In this document: one piece after another, positions 50,335-60,063 of the stretch
How positions within the stretch are numbered: position 1 is the stretch's first letter
Layout: the number at the start of each line of letters is the position of its first letter
NCBI GenBank assembly: GCA_947630925.1
Contig: CANRJM010000004.1
Span: 70,170 to 134,169, forward strand
Source: an uncultured Lachnospiraceae bacterium
Lineage (GTDB): Bacteria > Bacillota > Clostridia > Lachnospirales > Lachnospiraceae
DNA length: 64,000 nucleotides
Direction of reading: 5' to 3'
The notes under the pieces: generated by a model
Told to the model about the DNA's origin: nothing
The model's input: only the letters and a program-made list of their open reading frames with translations
Database searches by the model: none
Made by a program: the position numbers and the translations under genes

Positions 50335-50679
50335 CTAGAATTGTAAATTCATCAATTCTCTATATGCACTGATAAAAGCATCGCGTACAGCTACTGTATA
50401 CTGCAAAGATACATTCGCCTTTTGCTGTGCAATCTGCACATCATGGATACTGTCTGTTTCGCCAAGTGCAAATTTCATTTCTTCCTCTTCTGCCGCATTG
50501 CTGTATGCATTCGCCTCACTGACTAACTTAACTGCAGAATCCAAAATAGAACCAAAAACACCTTTCTTCTCATCCTCCTGAATCAGCAGTGAATCCGAAT
50601 TGGATGCCAACGGAGAGGTAATCACAGGGGACTGGTATACGGAATCTAAATCAATCCCTGACAATGCCGATAAGTTCAT
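50335..50679 (-). CDS. fliE: Flagellar hook-basal body protein FliE
   Basis: 114 aa. The C-terminus LQYTVAVRDAFISAYRELMNLQF is typical of FliE. Confidence 0.8.
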   Translation of the reverse strand: MNLSALSGIDLDSVYQSPVITSPLASNSDSLLIQEDEKKGVFGSILDSAVKLVSEANAYSNAAEEEEMKFALGETDSIHDVQIAQQKANVSLQYTVAVRDAFISAYRELMNLQF

Positions 50680-50704
50680 AATCTTCTCCTTCCATCAGTT
50701 AATC

Positions 50705-51151
50705 TTAACTGGATTTTCCTATATCTAATGCTTTCAACTGCATATTTTTTGACGCATTAAACGCCGTTACGTTTGCTTCATATGCACGGCTGGCATCGAT
50801 CATATCCGTCATTTCCGTTACCGTATTGACATTTGGATAAGTAACATATCCGTTCTCATCTGCGTCCGGATGGGCCGGGTCGTATACCATCCGGCATTCC
50901 GTCTCGTCATCCTCGATAATCTGCGTAATCTTAACGCCTTTCCCTACATATCCTGATGTTCCCAAGAGGGTTTCGTGAAAAGACGGATATCCTTTCTCAT
51001 GGAAAATCACAGACTTCCTCTTATAGATATTTCCATCCGCATCTCTTGTTGAATTAACATTTGCAATATTTTCTGAAATAATATCCAGTCTTGTTCTCTG
51101 TGCCGTCATTCCTGACGCACTGATATTCATTCCGGAAAAAACACCTTCCAT
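50705..51151 (-). CDS. flgC: Flagellar basal-body rod protein FlgC
   Basis: MNISASGMTAQRTRLDIISENIANVNSTR and the C-terminal EMTDMIDASRAYEANV. Confidence 0.92.
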   Translation of the reverse strand: MEGVFSGMNISASGMTAQRTRLDIISENIANVNSTRDADGNIYKRKSVIFHEKGYPSFHETLLGTSGYVGKGVKITQIIEDDETECRMVYDPAHPDADENGYVTYPNVNTVTEMTDMIDASRAYEANVTAFNASKNMQLKALDIGKSS

Positions 51152-51183
51152 ACGAACCTCCTAATCTGATACTGTATTATAAA

Positions 51184-51576
51184 CTACGAATTCCCCTTTG
51201 TTACCATCTTCAGTCTTGAAAATTCCTGAGACACCGAATCGACCATGGTATAGTACTTGATCTGATTTTTAGCCAATTCAACATTTTCCGTATCAATGTC
51301 TACGTTATTGCCATCCAGTCGGTAGCTTACCGCAGCATAATCCGTATATGTAGTCGCATTCAAAGCGTCTAATTCCGCATCTGCCACCTCATCATCCAAA
51401 GAGTCCGTAAATCCAAGTTCTCCCATGAGATACTCTTCAAACTGTACGTCTCTGCGCTTAAAGCCCGGCGTGTCCACATTTGCAATATTATCTGCCAAAA
51501 CGGAATTTCTGGTCCAACTCGCATCACAAGCCTTCTCCAGTACATTTATATAATCAAATGCGCCTGTTCTTGTCAT
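51184..51576 (-). CDS. flgB: Flagellar basal-body rod protein FlgB
   Basis: ...RNSVLADNIANVDTPGFKRRDV... The ATG at 51576 has AAAGGAG upstream. It is the first gene of the locus. Confidence 0.9.
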   Translation of the reverse strand: MTRTGAFDYINVLEKACDASWTRNSVLADNIANVDTPGFKRRDVQFEEYLMGELGFTDSLDDEVADAELDALNATTYTDYAAVSYRLDGNNVDIDTENVELAKNQIKYYTMVDSVSQEFSRLKMVTKGNS

Positions 51577-51630
51577 AGCAAAACTCCTTTCAAGCCATAT
51601 TCGCATAATTCACCTAACTATACATTTATA

Positions 51631-51658
51631 ATTATAGAGGAAATGATAGAAATTACAA
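51631..51658 (-). promoter_or_regulatory. Sigma-A type promoter of the flagellar locus (P-flgB)
   Basis: On the minus strand, TTGTAA (51653-51658), 16-nt spacer, TATAAT (51631-51636), about 55 nt upstream of the flgB ATG. Confidence 0.65.
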
Positions 51659-51800
51659 GAGAAATTGCAAAATATTTTTAAAAAATGACCTCCAAATTTT
51701 GTCAGTTCTTTTCCTATCATCACAATTTCTCCCTATTTTCCTATTATTCTGTTTGCCAAATAGAAACTTCCCTTTGTTCCTGTTTCAATGCCTGTGATTT

Positions 51801-53876
51801 TCAATCCTCCTTTTTCTTTTTTGATTCTACATATCCGCATTGTTCATCCATGCATACAATACGGTTTCCTTTTTCCAACATCATCCCTCCGCATTTTGGA
51901 CATTTTTTGTCAGACGGTTTCTGCCATGACATAAAATCACAGTCCGGATAACTGATGCATCCGTAATATTTTCGTCCTTTCTTTGTCTTACGCCCTACAA
52001 TATCTGCCCCGCACTTTGGACAGGCAACGCCGATTTTTTCCAAATACGGCTTTGTATTGCGGCATTCCGGAAATCCCGGACAAGCAAGAAACTTCCCATG
52101 TGGACCGTATTTGACCACCATATTCCTTCCACACTCTTCACAGATGACATCTGTTACCTCGTCCTCTATGGTAACCTCTTCCAATTCTTTCTGTGCAGCC
52201 TGTACTGCTTCGTTTAAATCCGGATAAAAATTTTCTACGACTGTCTTCCAACGAACGGTTCCATCTTCCACGCAGTCAAGCAGTCCCTCCATATAGGCGG
52301 TAAAATTGACGTCTACAATACTGGCAAAGGATTTCTTCATAATAGAATTGACAACCTCGCCAAGTTCCGTAATATACAGATTCTTCTGCTCCTTCGCCAC
52401 ATAATGGCGGTTGATAATGGTAGAAATGGTAGGCGAATACGTACTTGGCCGTCCAATCCCCAGTTCCTCCAATGTCTTAACTAAAGACGCTTCCGTAAAA
52501 TGCGCCGGCGGTTGTGTAAAATGCTGCTTTTTCTCAAAATCTCCTGCTTCAACCGGCATTCCGACCTTTATGTTCTTAGGCAAAACTTTTTTTTCAATTT
52601 TATCTTCTTCTGTCTGATATATCGTTAAATAACCGGAAAATTTAACTTTAGAAACCGCTGCTGTAAAGCGATATTTCTCTGAATCAATTTTTATGGTTGT
52701 GGTTTCAAATTTTGCAGGCGCCATCCTGCTCGCTAAAAAACGTCTCCAAATCAACTGATACAGGCGGAACTGGTCTCTGGACAAAGCATCCTTTACTGCC
52801 GTCGGCGTCAAATCGACATAAGTCGGCCGGATTGCTTCATGCGCATCCTGGATCTTTTTTTTGCTTTGCTCCTTTTTCTCTGCTGTTGCACGAAATTCCG
52901 CCCCATAATTTTCTTCAATATAGTCGTCTGCCATTTTTTTTGCGTCATCGGAAATACGGGTGGAATCCGTTCGTAAATACGTGATCAGACCAACGGTCCC
53001 TCTTCCTTTGACCGCAACTCCTTCATAAAGATTCTGCGCCAGACGCATGGTCTTCTGTGTAGAAAAATTCAGTCTTTTTGCCGCCTCCTGCTGCAATGTA
53101 CTGGTTGTAAACGGCAATGGACTTTTTTTGGCACGTACCGTCTCTTTTTTATCCGAAATAGTAAACTTGGATTTTTTTAATTCTTTCAGGATCTGGTCCA
53201 ACTGTTCCTCCGAATCAATGGACATCTTCTTATCTTTTGTTCCATAGAAATCAGCCGTAAACGTCTTCTTATCGCCCGCTGCGCTAAACTCTCCGGATAA
53301 CGTCCAATATTCTTTCGAAATAAACGCATTGATTGCTTCCTCTCGATCGGCAATGATGCGCAGCGCAACCGATTGTACGCGGCCCGCACTTAATCCTCTC
53401 TTTACTTTCGCCCATAAAACGGGACTGATCTGATATCCCACCAGACGATCCAGAACACGACGCGCCTGCTGTGCGTCTACTAAATCCATATCAATCTGAC
53501 GGGCCTCTTTGATTGACTGCTTTACCGCATTTTTTGTGATTTCATTAAAAGTGATACGTCTGGTATTTTTTTCATCCAGTTTCAACGCATGAAACAGATG
53601 CCATGAAATTGCCTCTCCCTCGCGATCCGGATCTGTTGCCAGATAGATTTTATCCGCCTTTTTCACTTCTCTACGAAGTTTTGCCAACAGCTCACCCTTT
53701 CCGCGAATGGTAATATATTTTGGCTCAAAATCATTTTCTATATCAATTCCCAACTGGCTTTTCGGCAAGTCCCTTACATGACCGTTAGAAGCAATAACCT
53801 CATAAGTACTTCCTAAAAACTTCTTAATCGTCGTTGCTTTTGAAGGTGACTCCACGATTACAAGATTTTTTGCCAT
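51801..53876 (-). CDS. topA: DNA topoisomerase I
   Basis: 691 aa. Toprim N-terminus MAKNLVIVESPSKA, the active-site region LITYLRTDS, and three C-terminal Cys4 zinc ribbons. Confidence 0.96.
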   Translation of the reverse strand: MAKNLVIVESPSKATTIKKFLGSTYEVIASNGHVRDLPKSQLGIDIENDFEPKYITIRGKGELLAKLRREVKKADKIYLATDPDREGEAISWHLFHALKLDEKNTRRITFNEITKNAVKQSIKEARQIDMDLVDAQQARRVLDRLVGYQISPVLWAKVKRGLSAGRVQSVALRIIADREEAINAFISKEYWTLSGEFSAAGDKKTFTADFYGTKDKKMSIDSEEQLDQILKELKKSKFTISDKKETVRAKKSPLPFTTSTLQQEAAKRLNFSTQKTMRLAQNLYEGVAVKGRGTVGLITYLRTDSTRISDDAKKMADDYIEENYGAEFRATAEKKEQSKKKIQDAHEAIRPTYVDLTPTAVKDALSRDQFRLYQLIWRRFLASRMAPAKFETTTIKIDSEKYRFTAAVSKVKFSGYLTIYQTEEDKIEKKVLPKNIKVGMPVEAGDFEKKQHFTQPPAHFTEASLVKTLEELGIGRPSTYSPTISTIINRHYVAKEQKNLYITELGEVVNSIMKKSFASIVDVNFTAYMEGLLDCVEDGTVRWKTVVENFYPDLNEAVQAAQKELEEVTIEDEVTDVICEECGRNMVVKYGPHGKFLACPGFPECRNTKPYLEKIGVACPKCGADIVGRKTKKGRKYYGCISYPDCDFMSWQKPSDKKCPKCGGMMLEKGNRIVCMDEQCGYVESKKKKED

Positions 53877-53908
53877 TTTACTACCTGCCTTTCAACCCTT
53901 TATCCGCT

Positions 53909-55108
53909 CTATAACTTAATTGCATAATAATGATTTCCTATCGACTGTACCAGTTTCTTCTGATGCAAGGACAGCACCGCTTCCATTACTTTTTGCAGCT
54001 CCAATCCCGTATCTTCTGCTATTTGAGAAATATGAACCGGCTCCAAACGTAAAATAGAATACACTATTTTTTCTGTCGTTTCAAGCATATTCTCATATTT
54101 TTTCTTTCTTCCTACGACATCTTCATCAAAAAACAAGCCAAATCCATCTAAAATATCCCTGACATTCTGCACTAAAGCAGCCCCGTTCTGAAGCAGACGG
54201 TTACTTCCTTCATACTGTGCATTCATGATGCTTCCCGGTACGACAAAAATTTCTTTCCCCTGCTCCAGTCCTGTCTCTGCCGTTATCAGGGAGCCGCTGT
54301 CTTTTTTTGCTTCAATTACCAGAATGCCATCGGATAAGCCGCTGATGATACGGTTCCGCAATGGAAAATGATAAGGAAGCGGCGGCGTTTGCAATGGAAA
54401 TTCCGAAATCACGCCTCCGTATTCCTGCATCTGCATATATGCTCCAATATGACACCGTGGATAACACAAATCGACTCCTGTTCCCAAAATCCCATATGTT
54501 CTTCCTCCGGCCACTTCCATAACGCCACGCTGCGCAGAGATATCGACGCCATATGCCATACCGCTGATAACCTGAATCCCGTTTTCCGCCAGTTCCCTCC
54601 CAAATTTCCCAGCCACTTCCCTTGCTTCTAAGGATGCCTTCCGCGCTCCGACAATCGCTACAGACAAGACATTTTCTAACGGTAGTTTCCCTTTATAAAA
54701 CAAACCGTACGGCGCATCAGGAATGGAAAGAAGTTTTTTGGGGAAATCCGGTTCATCCCGATAGGCAAATCGGATTCCTTTATTATATAACATTTCATAC
54801 TGTTTTATGACAGTCTCGGCGTTTCTTCCGGAAAAAATTCTTTCCTTATCTTTTTGGCTTAAACAGGTAAGCTGTTCCAAATATTTTTGTCCGGCGGAAA
54901 AGATTTCTTTCGGACTTTCAAAACAGGATAACAGACGCTCTATTTTTCGATTGTTCATCCCCGGTATATTGCACAGCCAGAAAGCATATAATTTATCTTT
55001 CAAATGCTTCTTCCACTCCTCCCCAGTATTTTTTATCCGGTATCCGATAGAAAGCAGCTTCCGCAATATGCCGTTTTTCAATTCTTTCTGTTCCTTCCAA
55101 ATCTGCAA
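53909..55108 (-). CDS. dprA: DNA processing protein DprA (Smf)
   Basis: Rossmann-like core: AIVGARKAS...GIQVISGMAYGVDISAQRG...FPLRNRIISGLSDGILVIEA..SGSLITA. The start is uncertain: the ATG at 55108 overlaps comM by 116 nt, and a TTG at 55003 is an alternative. Confidence 0.82.
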   Translation of the reverse strand: MQIWKEQKELKNGILRKLLSIGYRIKNTGEEWKKHLKDKLYAFWLCNIPGMNNRKIERLLSCFESPKEIFSAGQKYLEQLTCLSQKDKERIFSGRNAETVIKQYEMLYNKGIRFAYRDEPDFPKKLLSIPDAPYGLFYKGKLPLENVLSVAIVGARKASLEAREVAGKFGRELAENGIQVISGMAYGVDISAQRGVMEVAGGRTYGILGTGVDLCYPRCHIGAYMQMQEYGGVISEFPLQTPPLPYHFPLRNRIISGLSDGILVIEAKKDSGSLITAETGLEQGKEIFVVPGSIMNAQYEGSNRLLQNGAALVQNVRDILDGFGLFFDEDVVGRKKKYENMLETTEKIVYSILRLEPVHISQIAEDTGLELQKVMEAVLSLHQKKLVQSIGNHYYAIKL

Positions 55109-56549
55109 TCGTCCTGCTTATTTTAAGTACTTTATGATAGACGCGGGCGCTAAATTCCATCTCTTCAAAAGTTTGGGCAATATATTCCTTTGCTTCGTCT
55201 GACATCATGCAATATTTCTCTATCAGCGACGGCGTGAGCTGCGCATTGTGAAAAAATTTTTCCTGACGGTACCGTTTCCCCTGAATGGCATGCGCCGCTA
55301 CAATTCTTTCACGGATTGCGAAAGAGGTCTCTTCGCCGGAATTTTTCCCTGTATTTTGAAGTTCCTGATATGCCAATGGAATTGTTTCCGCACAGATGTC
55401 AATCCTGTCAAGCATTGGCTGGCTCAATCTGCTTAAGTAATTTTTAATCTGCCAGCTTGTACAGGTACATTTTTTCCGATCCGGATAATAACCGCACTTG
55501 CAGGGATTCATTGCGGCAACCAGTTGAAATTTCGCCGGATAGCGATAGGTACCGTCAAGACGGGAAATAGTAACATAGCCATCCTCCAATGGCTCTCTGA
55601 GGACTTCTATTGTCTGTCTCTGAAATTCTGTCAGCTCATCCAAAAAAAGTACACCGCCGCTTGCAAGGCTGATTTCTCCGGGTTTGGGCAGATGCCCTCC
55701 TCCTATCAGCGCTTTTTGCGTAACGGTATGATGCGGTTCCCGGAAGGGACGTTCCGTTATAAAAGGCCGCGTTTTAGAAAGCAGTCCCGCCACGCTGTAA
55801 ATCTTAGAAATCTCCATTTGCTCTTCAAATTCCATACAAGGCATAATCCCCGGTATCCTCTTTGCGATCATGGTCTTGCCGGAGCCCGGCGGTCCGATCA
55901 GCAGCAAATTGTGCATACCGGCAACAGATACCTCCACTGCGCGGCGTACCATCTTCTGACCGATCACATCCTGAAAATCCAGGGGTTGCGGCTGTGTTTT
56001 ACAAAAATCATAGAGAATTCTTTTCTCATCAGGAAATTCTTCTTTCTGTAAAATCGCAGCCACCTCTTTCAGACATGCAGCTCCAATGATATGCATGCCT
56101 TCTACGATTCCTGCCTCCATCTGATTCTCTTTGGGAAGAATACAATACTGAAATCCCTGTTGATACGCCGTATAGACCATTGGAAGAACCCCTTGGACAT
56201 TCTGCAGCTTTCCCTCAAAATCAAGTTCTCCCAAAAAAAGAATCTTTTTAACAAACTCCTGTGAAAAATAACCAAATGACGTTAAGACTGCTACCGCTAC
56301 AGCAAGATCGTATCCCGTACCATCCTTTCGGATATCTGCGGGCGAAAGATTGATTGTTATCTTCTTCGGCGGTAAACGGAAACCGGAATTTTTGATTGCG
56401 ATTCGTACACGTTCCCTTGCTTCCTTTCCCTCCGAAGACAAATAACCAACTAAAGAAAATCCCGGCAGACCATCAGATACGTCTGCCTCTGCCTGAACCA
56501 TGCAGCCGTCAATCCCTCTGACAGTTGCACAATAAGATACACTATACAT
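54993..56549 (-). CDS. comM: YifB/ComM family Mg-chelatase-like ATPase
   Basis: Lon-protease-like N-domain. Walker A is GPPGSGKT. ...VLFLDELTEF..., with a C-terminal ChlI-like helical domain. The ATG at 56549 has AAGGAG upstream. Confidence 0.9.
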   Translation of the reverse strand: MYSVSYCATVRGIDGCMVQAEADVSDGLPGFSLVGYLSSEGKEARERVRIAIKNSGFRLPPKKITINLSPADIRKDGTGYDLAVAVAVLTSFGYFSQEFVKKILFLGELDFEGKLQNVQGVLPMVYTAYQQGFQYCILPKENQMEAGIVEGMHIIGAACLKEVAAILQKEEFPDEKRILYDFCKTQPQPLDFQDVIGQKMVRRAVEVSVAGMHNLLLIGPPGSGKTMIAKRIPGIMPCMEFEEQMEISKIYSVAGLLSKTRPFITERPFREPHHTVTQKALIGGGHLPKPGEISLASGGVLFLDELTEFQRQTIEVLREPLEDGYVTISRLDGTYRYPAKFQLVAAMNPCKCGYYPDRKKCTCTSWQIKNYLSRLSQPMLDRIDICAETIPLAYQELQNTGKNSGEETSFAIRERIVAAHAIQGKRYRQEKFFHNAQLTPSLIEKYCMMSDEAKEYIAQTFEEMEFSARVYHKVLKISRTIADLEGTERIEKRHIAEAAFYRIPDKKYWGGVEEAFER

Positions 56550-56582
56550 TCTGCTCCTTCCACTTGCCAAGCAGGAGCTCCC

Positions 56583-56612
56583 GATATTATGTTACATATG
56601 TAACATAATATC
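56583..56612. repeat. 30-bp perfect palindrome between nrdR and comM
   Basis: GATATTATGTTACATATGTAACATAATATC is its own reverse complement. It is immediately followed by the 8-bp palindrome GGAGCTCC. Confidence 0.95.
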
Positions 56613-56625
56613 TTTTATTTGTCAA
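56597..56625 (-). promoter_or_regulatory. Candidate promoter for comM-dprA-topA, with its -10 at the centre of the palindrome
   Basis: On the minus strand, TTGACA (56620-56625), 17-nt spacer, TACATA (56597-56602). Confidence 0.35.
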
Positions 56626-57067
56626 GTATTTTCTTAATCTCGTCCATAAAAATACTGACATCCTTAAATTCTCTGTAAATAGACGCAAAACGCACATATG
56701 CTACGGCGTCCAGATCTTCCAGTCCTTTCATGACCAATTCCCCGATAAAGCTGCTTTTTACCTCACGCGCCCCAAGATTAAAAACTTCCGCTTCTACTTT
56801 ATCGACCAAAGCATTCATCTGGGGAACGGATACTGGTCTTTTATGGCAGGAGCGGAAGACGCCTCTTTCAATTTTTGTCCGGTCATACGGCTCCCGTGTC
56901 AAATCTTTCTTGATGACTACTAAAGGAATTGCCTCTACCTTCTCATAAGTGGTAAAACGCTTACTGCACTTATCGCACTGACGTCTTCTTCGGATGGAAG
57001 CCCCCTCATCCGCCGGCCGTGAGTCAATCACTCTGGTATCTTCCTCTCCACAAAATGGACACTTCAT
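56615..57067 (-). CDS. nrdR: Transcriptional repressor NrdR
   Basis: MKCPFCGEEDTRVIDSR zinc ribbon plus an ATP-cone domain. 150 aa. Confidence 0.95.
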   Translation of the reverse strand: MKCPFCGEEDTRVIDSRPADEGASIRRRRQCDKCSKRFTTYEKVEAIPLVVIKKDLTREPYDRTKIERGVFRSCHKRPVSVPQMNALVDKVEAEVFNLGAREVKSSFIGELVMKGLEDLDAVAYVRFASIYREFKDVSIFMDEIKKILDK

Positions 57068-57126
57068 ATTGTTCCGCCTTTCTCTTACGCTTTCGTTCCT
57101 TCTGCGCTCGCTTTATTTGATACTTT

Positions 57127-57156
57127 ATCATATCATGCGGCAGACGGATTTTGCAA
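57127..57156 (-). promoter_or_regulatory. Candidate extended -10 promoter for nrdR
   Basis: On the minus strand, TTGCAA (57151-57156), 18-nt spacer, TGaTATGAT (-10 at 57127-57132). Confidence 0.5.
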
Positions 57157-57159
57157 GTA

Positions 57160-57423
57160 TTAACTCCAATCACATTTATGAAGGCACTTCTCTCTTTCTA
57201 TTTCTACGAGAATCACATCCGCTCCTATCCTCTGTACGTTGCCATAAGGTATAATATATTCATGATCTCTTCCTATGATTCCGAACATTTTACATGGTCC
57301 TGGTATGATCAGCGCGCAGATTCTCCCGGTTTTAACATCAAAATCTATGTCGCATACATTTCCCAGTTTTTCCCCGTCACAAATATTAATGACTTCTTTT
57401 TCCCTCAGTTCACATAATCGCAT
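57160..57423 (-). CDS. ylmC: YlmC/YmxH family sporulation protein (PRC-barrel)
   Basis: 87 aa. MRLCELREKEVINICDGEKLGNVCDIDFDVKTGRICALIIPG. Located after sigG, as in B. subtilis. Confidence 0.8.
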   Translation of the reverse strand: MRLCELREKEVINICDGEKLGNVCDIDFDVKTGRICALIIPGPCKMFGIIGRDHEYIIPYGNVQRIGADVILVEIEREKCLHKCDWS

Positions 57424-57480
57424 ATACTCTGAATCCTAAAACCCATTTTCTACTATCTTATGATAGGAGCGGATAAATAT

Positions 57481-58257
57481 TCAATTTAAATACTGTTTCA
57501 TAGACTGTAGCGCTTTCTTTTCCAGACGGCTGACCTGCGCCTGGGAAATGTGGATCTCCTCTGCAACCTCCATCTGTGTCTTCCCCTCAAAATAGCGTAG
57601 TTGAATAATCCGATGCTCTCTTTGTGACAGACGCTCAATCGCTGCTTTTAATGATATCTCCTCTATCCAGCAATCTTCTTTATTCTTCTTATCGCTAATC
57701 TGATCCATAATGTGCAGCGTATCGCCGCTCTCGCCATAAACCGGCTCATACAGGGAAACAGGATTTTGTATCGCATCCAGCGCTACCACAATGGTTTCCG
57801 GCGGGACGCCGATTTTTTTTGCGATTTCTTCTACCGTAGGCTCCTTATCACTCTCCTTCATCATGGCTTCTTTTGCGTAAATGGCCTTGTACGCCGTATC
57901 ACGAAGGGAACGGCTTACGCGGATACTGTTATTATCGCGCAGATACCTTCTGATTTCGCCGATAATCATAGGCACCGCATACGTACTGAATTTTACATTC
58001 ATAGTCACGTCAAAATGATCAATCGATTTCATCAGACCAATGCAGCCTATCTGAAACAGATCGTCGATATTTTCTCCGGAATTGGAAAAACGCTGGATAA
58101 TACTTAAAACCAGGCGCAGATTCCCCTTAATAAATTCTTCTCTGGCGTTTTTGTCTCCATTTTGGATTTTATCAATCAGTTCTTTTTTTTGTTCATCCGT
58201 AAGGAGCGGTAATTTTGATGTATTGACACCGCAAATCTCTACTTTATACATTGCCAT
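57481..58257 (-). CDS. sigG: Sporulation sigma factor SigG
   Basis: KVEICGVNTSKLPLL...GNLRLVLSIIQRF...DDLFQIGCIGLMKSIDHFD. The ATG at 58257 has GGAGGG 7 nt upstream. Located after sigE. Confidence 0.9.
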   Translation of the reverse strand: MAMYKVEICGVNTSKLPLLTDEQKKELIDKIQNGDKNAREEFIKGNLRLVLSIIQRFSNSGENIDDLFQIGCIGLMKSIDHFDVTMNVKFSTYAVPMIIGEIRRYLRDNNSIRVSRSLRDTAYKAIYAKEAMMKESDKEPTVEEIAKKIGVPPETIVVALDAIQNPVSLYEPVYGESGDTLHIMDQISDKKNKEDCWIEEISLKAAIERLSQREHRIIQLRYFEGKTQMEVAEEIHISQAQVSRLEKKALQSMKQYLN

Positions 58258-58312
58258 ACTGTTTCCCTCCGCCAAAAGCTAATATAAAGTAGGATTTACA
58301 AAAATCATTTTA

Positions 58313-59059
58313 TTATACCTGCTCCATCTTAAGAATTTCTTTTTTTAACCGTTTCATGATCTTTTTTTCCAAACGGGATATGTACGATTGTGAAATTCCC
58401 ATCAAATCCGCCACTTCTTTCTGTGTTCGCTCCCTGCCGTCAGAACGGTTGATACCAAAACGAAGTTCAATAATATCACGTTCCCTGTCGTTTAATTTCT
58501 CAAGCGCCATACGGAGCAGCCTTTTATCCACCTCATCTTCCAAATCTTTGGAAATAATATTTTCGTCTGTTCCAAGGATATCGGACAAAAGCAGTTCATT
58601 TCCATCCCAATCGACATTAAGCGGTTCATCAATGGAAACTTCATAGCGAATTTTGTTGTTTCTTCGCAGATACATTAAAATCTCATTTTCAATGCAACGT
58701 GAAGCATACGTTGCCAGTTTAATATTTTTTAACGGATTAAACGTGTTGATTGCCTTGATCAATCCAATGGTTCCAATGGATATCAAATCCTCTACGCCAA
58801 TCCCGGTATTGTCAAACTTTTTGGCAATATAGACAACAAGCCTTAAATTATGTTCAATCAGCCGGCTTCTTGCCTCCTGGTCCTGCGTCCCGCCCAATTT
58901 TTCTAAAACCTCTTTTTCTTCTTCTGACGTAAAGGGAGCCGGTAATATTTCCGCGCCGCCAATATAATGGATCCCGCCCCGCTTATGAGAGCAAAATAAC
59001 CCCTTAAATTCCGACATTACGCGGAATTGAAATCGATTTGACATTGATATCTTAAGCAT
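58313..59059 (-). CDS. sigE: Sporulation sigma factor SigE precursor (pro-sigma-E)
   Basis: Pro-sequence, then [30 protein letters not shown] and [20 protein letters not shown]. The ATG at 59059 has GGAGGA upstream. Confidence 0.9.
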   Translation of the reverse strand: MLKISMSNRFQFRVMSEFKGLFCSHKRGGIHYIGGAEILPAPFTSEEEKEVLEKLGGTQDQEARSRLIEHNLRLVVYIAKKFDNTGIGVEDLISIGTIGLIKAINTFNPLKNIKLATYASRCIENEILMYLRRNNKIRYEVSIDEPLNVDWDGNELLLSDILGTDENIISKDLEDEVDKRLLRMALEKLNDRERDIIELRFGINRSDGRERTQKEVADLMGISQSYISRLEKKIMKRLKKEILKMEQV

Positions 59060-59127
59060 AGTTTCCTCCATTCTGCTACCTTGCAGCATATCTGAATTTT
59101 TAATATTCCTTTTCGTTCTATCTGCAG

Positions 59128-59910
59128 TTATCTCCTGCCTAAAATCATTTGTACTTCATCGTCTCTTTTTATATTTTCGCTAACCGCCGCCAAAACTTCC
59201 CGTTTTATCGCTCCATCCGAAAGAAAGACCATTTCAATCCGGTATGCTTTTAACAAACCGCTTCCCCCGATAGAAGAATAGGGAATCAGCAAGGGGTTTT
59301 GTTCATGGGCAAGCCCAATCTTCTCTGACAGTGTTTCTGAAACCACAGCTACGTTTTCGCCGGTATAAGGACTGAACAGTTGATTTCCCGTATCATATAA
59401 TACCCTGATATCATATTCTTTTCCTTTGTGGACAATTTTTGCCGACAAAACATTTCTGTTCCGCCCCTGCTCTGCCAACTGGAACCGAAACAGAAAAAAC
59501 AAGATGAGTAATATGATAACGGCTGTAAGGATTCCGCCCATTGCAATACGCTTCTTTGTTGTCCAAACAGAAGAAAATAGATGCAGAAAAACTCCAATAC
59601 AGCCACCGGCAAAAAAAGTCAAAAAAAGAAATGTCAAACAATCTCCCAAAAATGCGTGCTTCCCTTCATATGTAAATGCCATGCGCACCAGCCCTGTTAT
59701 CTGTACCGCCGCAAAGAACAACTGCCAGCCTGATTTCCCCCAGAAAAAACAAGTGACGGCCGCTGAAAGGAGCGAAACAAATAAAGAAACCAGAAAAAGA
59801 CGAAATATGCGACATTTTTTTTGTCGAACAACTGCCGTTATCATGAGCAGAAACAAATTCATAATGAAGTTCAGAAGAATATAAACATCAAGATATAAAT
59901 ACACCTTCAC
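59128..59910 (-). CDS. spoIIGA: Sigma-E processing peptidase SpoIIGA
   Basis: 260 aa with five TM helices. The DTGN aspartic-protease motif is at [11 protein letters not shown] start. Located directly upstream of sigE. Confidence 0.85.
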   Translation of the reverse strand: MKVYLYLDVYILLNFIMNLFLLMITAVVRQKKCRIFRLFLVSLFVSLLSAAVTCFFWGKSGWQLFFAAVQITGLVRMAFTYEGKHAFLGDCLTFLFLTFFAGGCIGVFLHLFSSVWTTKKRIAMGGILTAVIILLILFFLFRFQLAEQGRNRNVLSAKIVHKGKEYDIRVLYDTGNQLFSPYTGENVAVVSETLSEKIGLAHEQNPLLIPYSSIGGSGLLKAYRIEMVFLSDGAIKREVLAAVSENIKRDDEVQMILGRR

Positions 59911-60020
59911 TTTCCCACTTCCTTCTACAAAACCCTGCCTTCCCTATCTTATTTTAAACTTCCTGCCCTCTGTCCAAAGACAGCGGTATGATTCATTTCT
60001 TCTCATCTTCCTCTGAAGGT

Positions 60021-60053
60021 AGTATAACGAATTTCTCCTGCGAAAGATGTCAA
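60021..60053 (-). promoter_or_regulatory. spoIIG-type promoter with an over-long spacer
   Basis: On the minus strand, TTGACA (60048-60053), 21-nt spacer, TATACT (60021-60026). This resembles the 22-bp spacer of the Spo0A-dependent B. subtilis spoIIG promoter. Confidence 0.5.
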
Positions 60054-60063
60054 AGGAAGGTAG

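Noticed and set aside
51577-51800. A C. difficile-like c-di-GMP riboswitch or invertible flagellar switch upstream of flgB
   Set aside because: The predicted 5' UTR is only about 45-55 nt. No flanking inverted repeats or GEMM-like sequence is visible. Only a short direct repeat (ATAGGAAAA, twice) is present.
56583-56612. Interpreting the 30-bp palindrome as an NrdR box, a LexA (Cheo) box or a simple nrdR terminator
   Set aside because: The central 16-mer TGTTACATATGTAACA matches the NrdR consensus at few positions. The LexA half-sites GAAC/GTTC are replaced by TTAC/GTAA. No U-tract follows on the minus strand. It is therefore left as an unassigned operator candidate.
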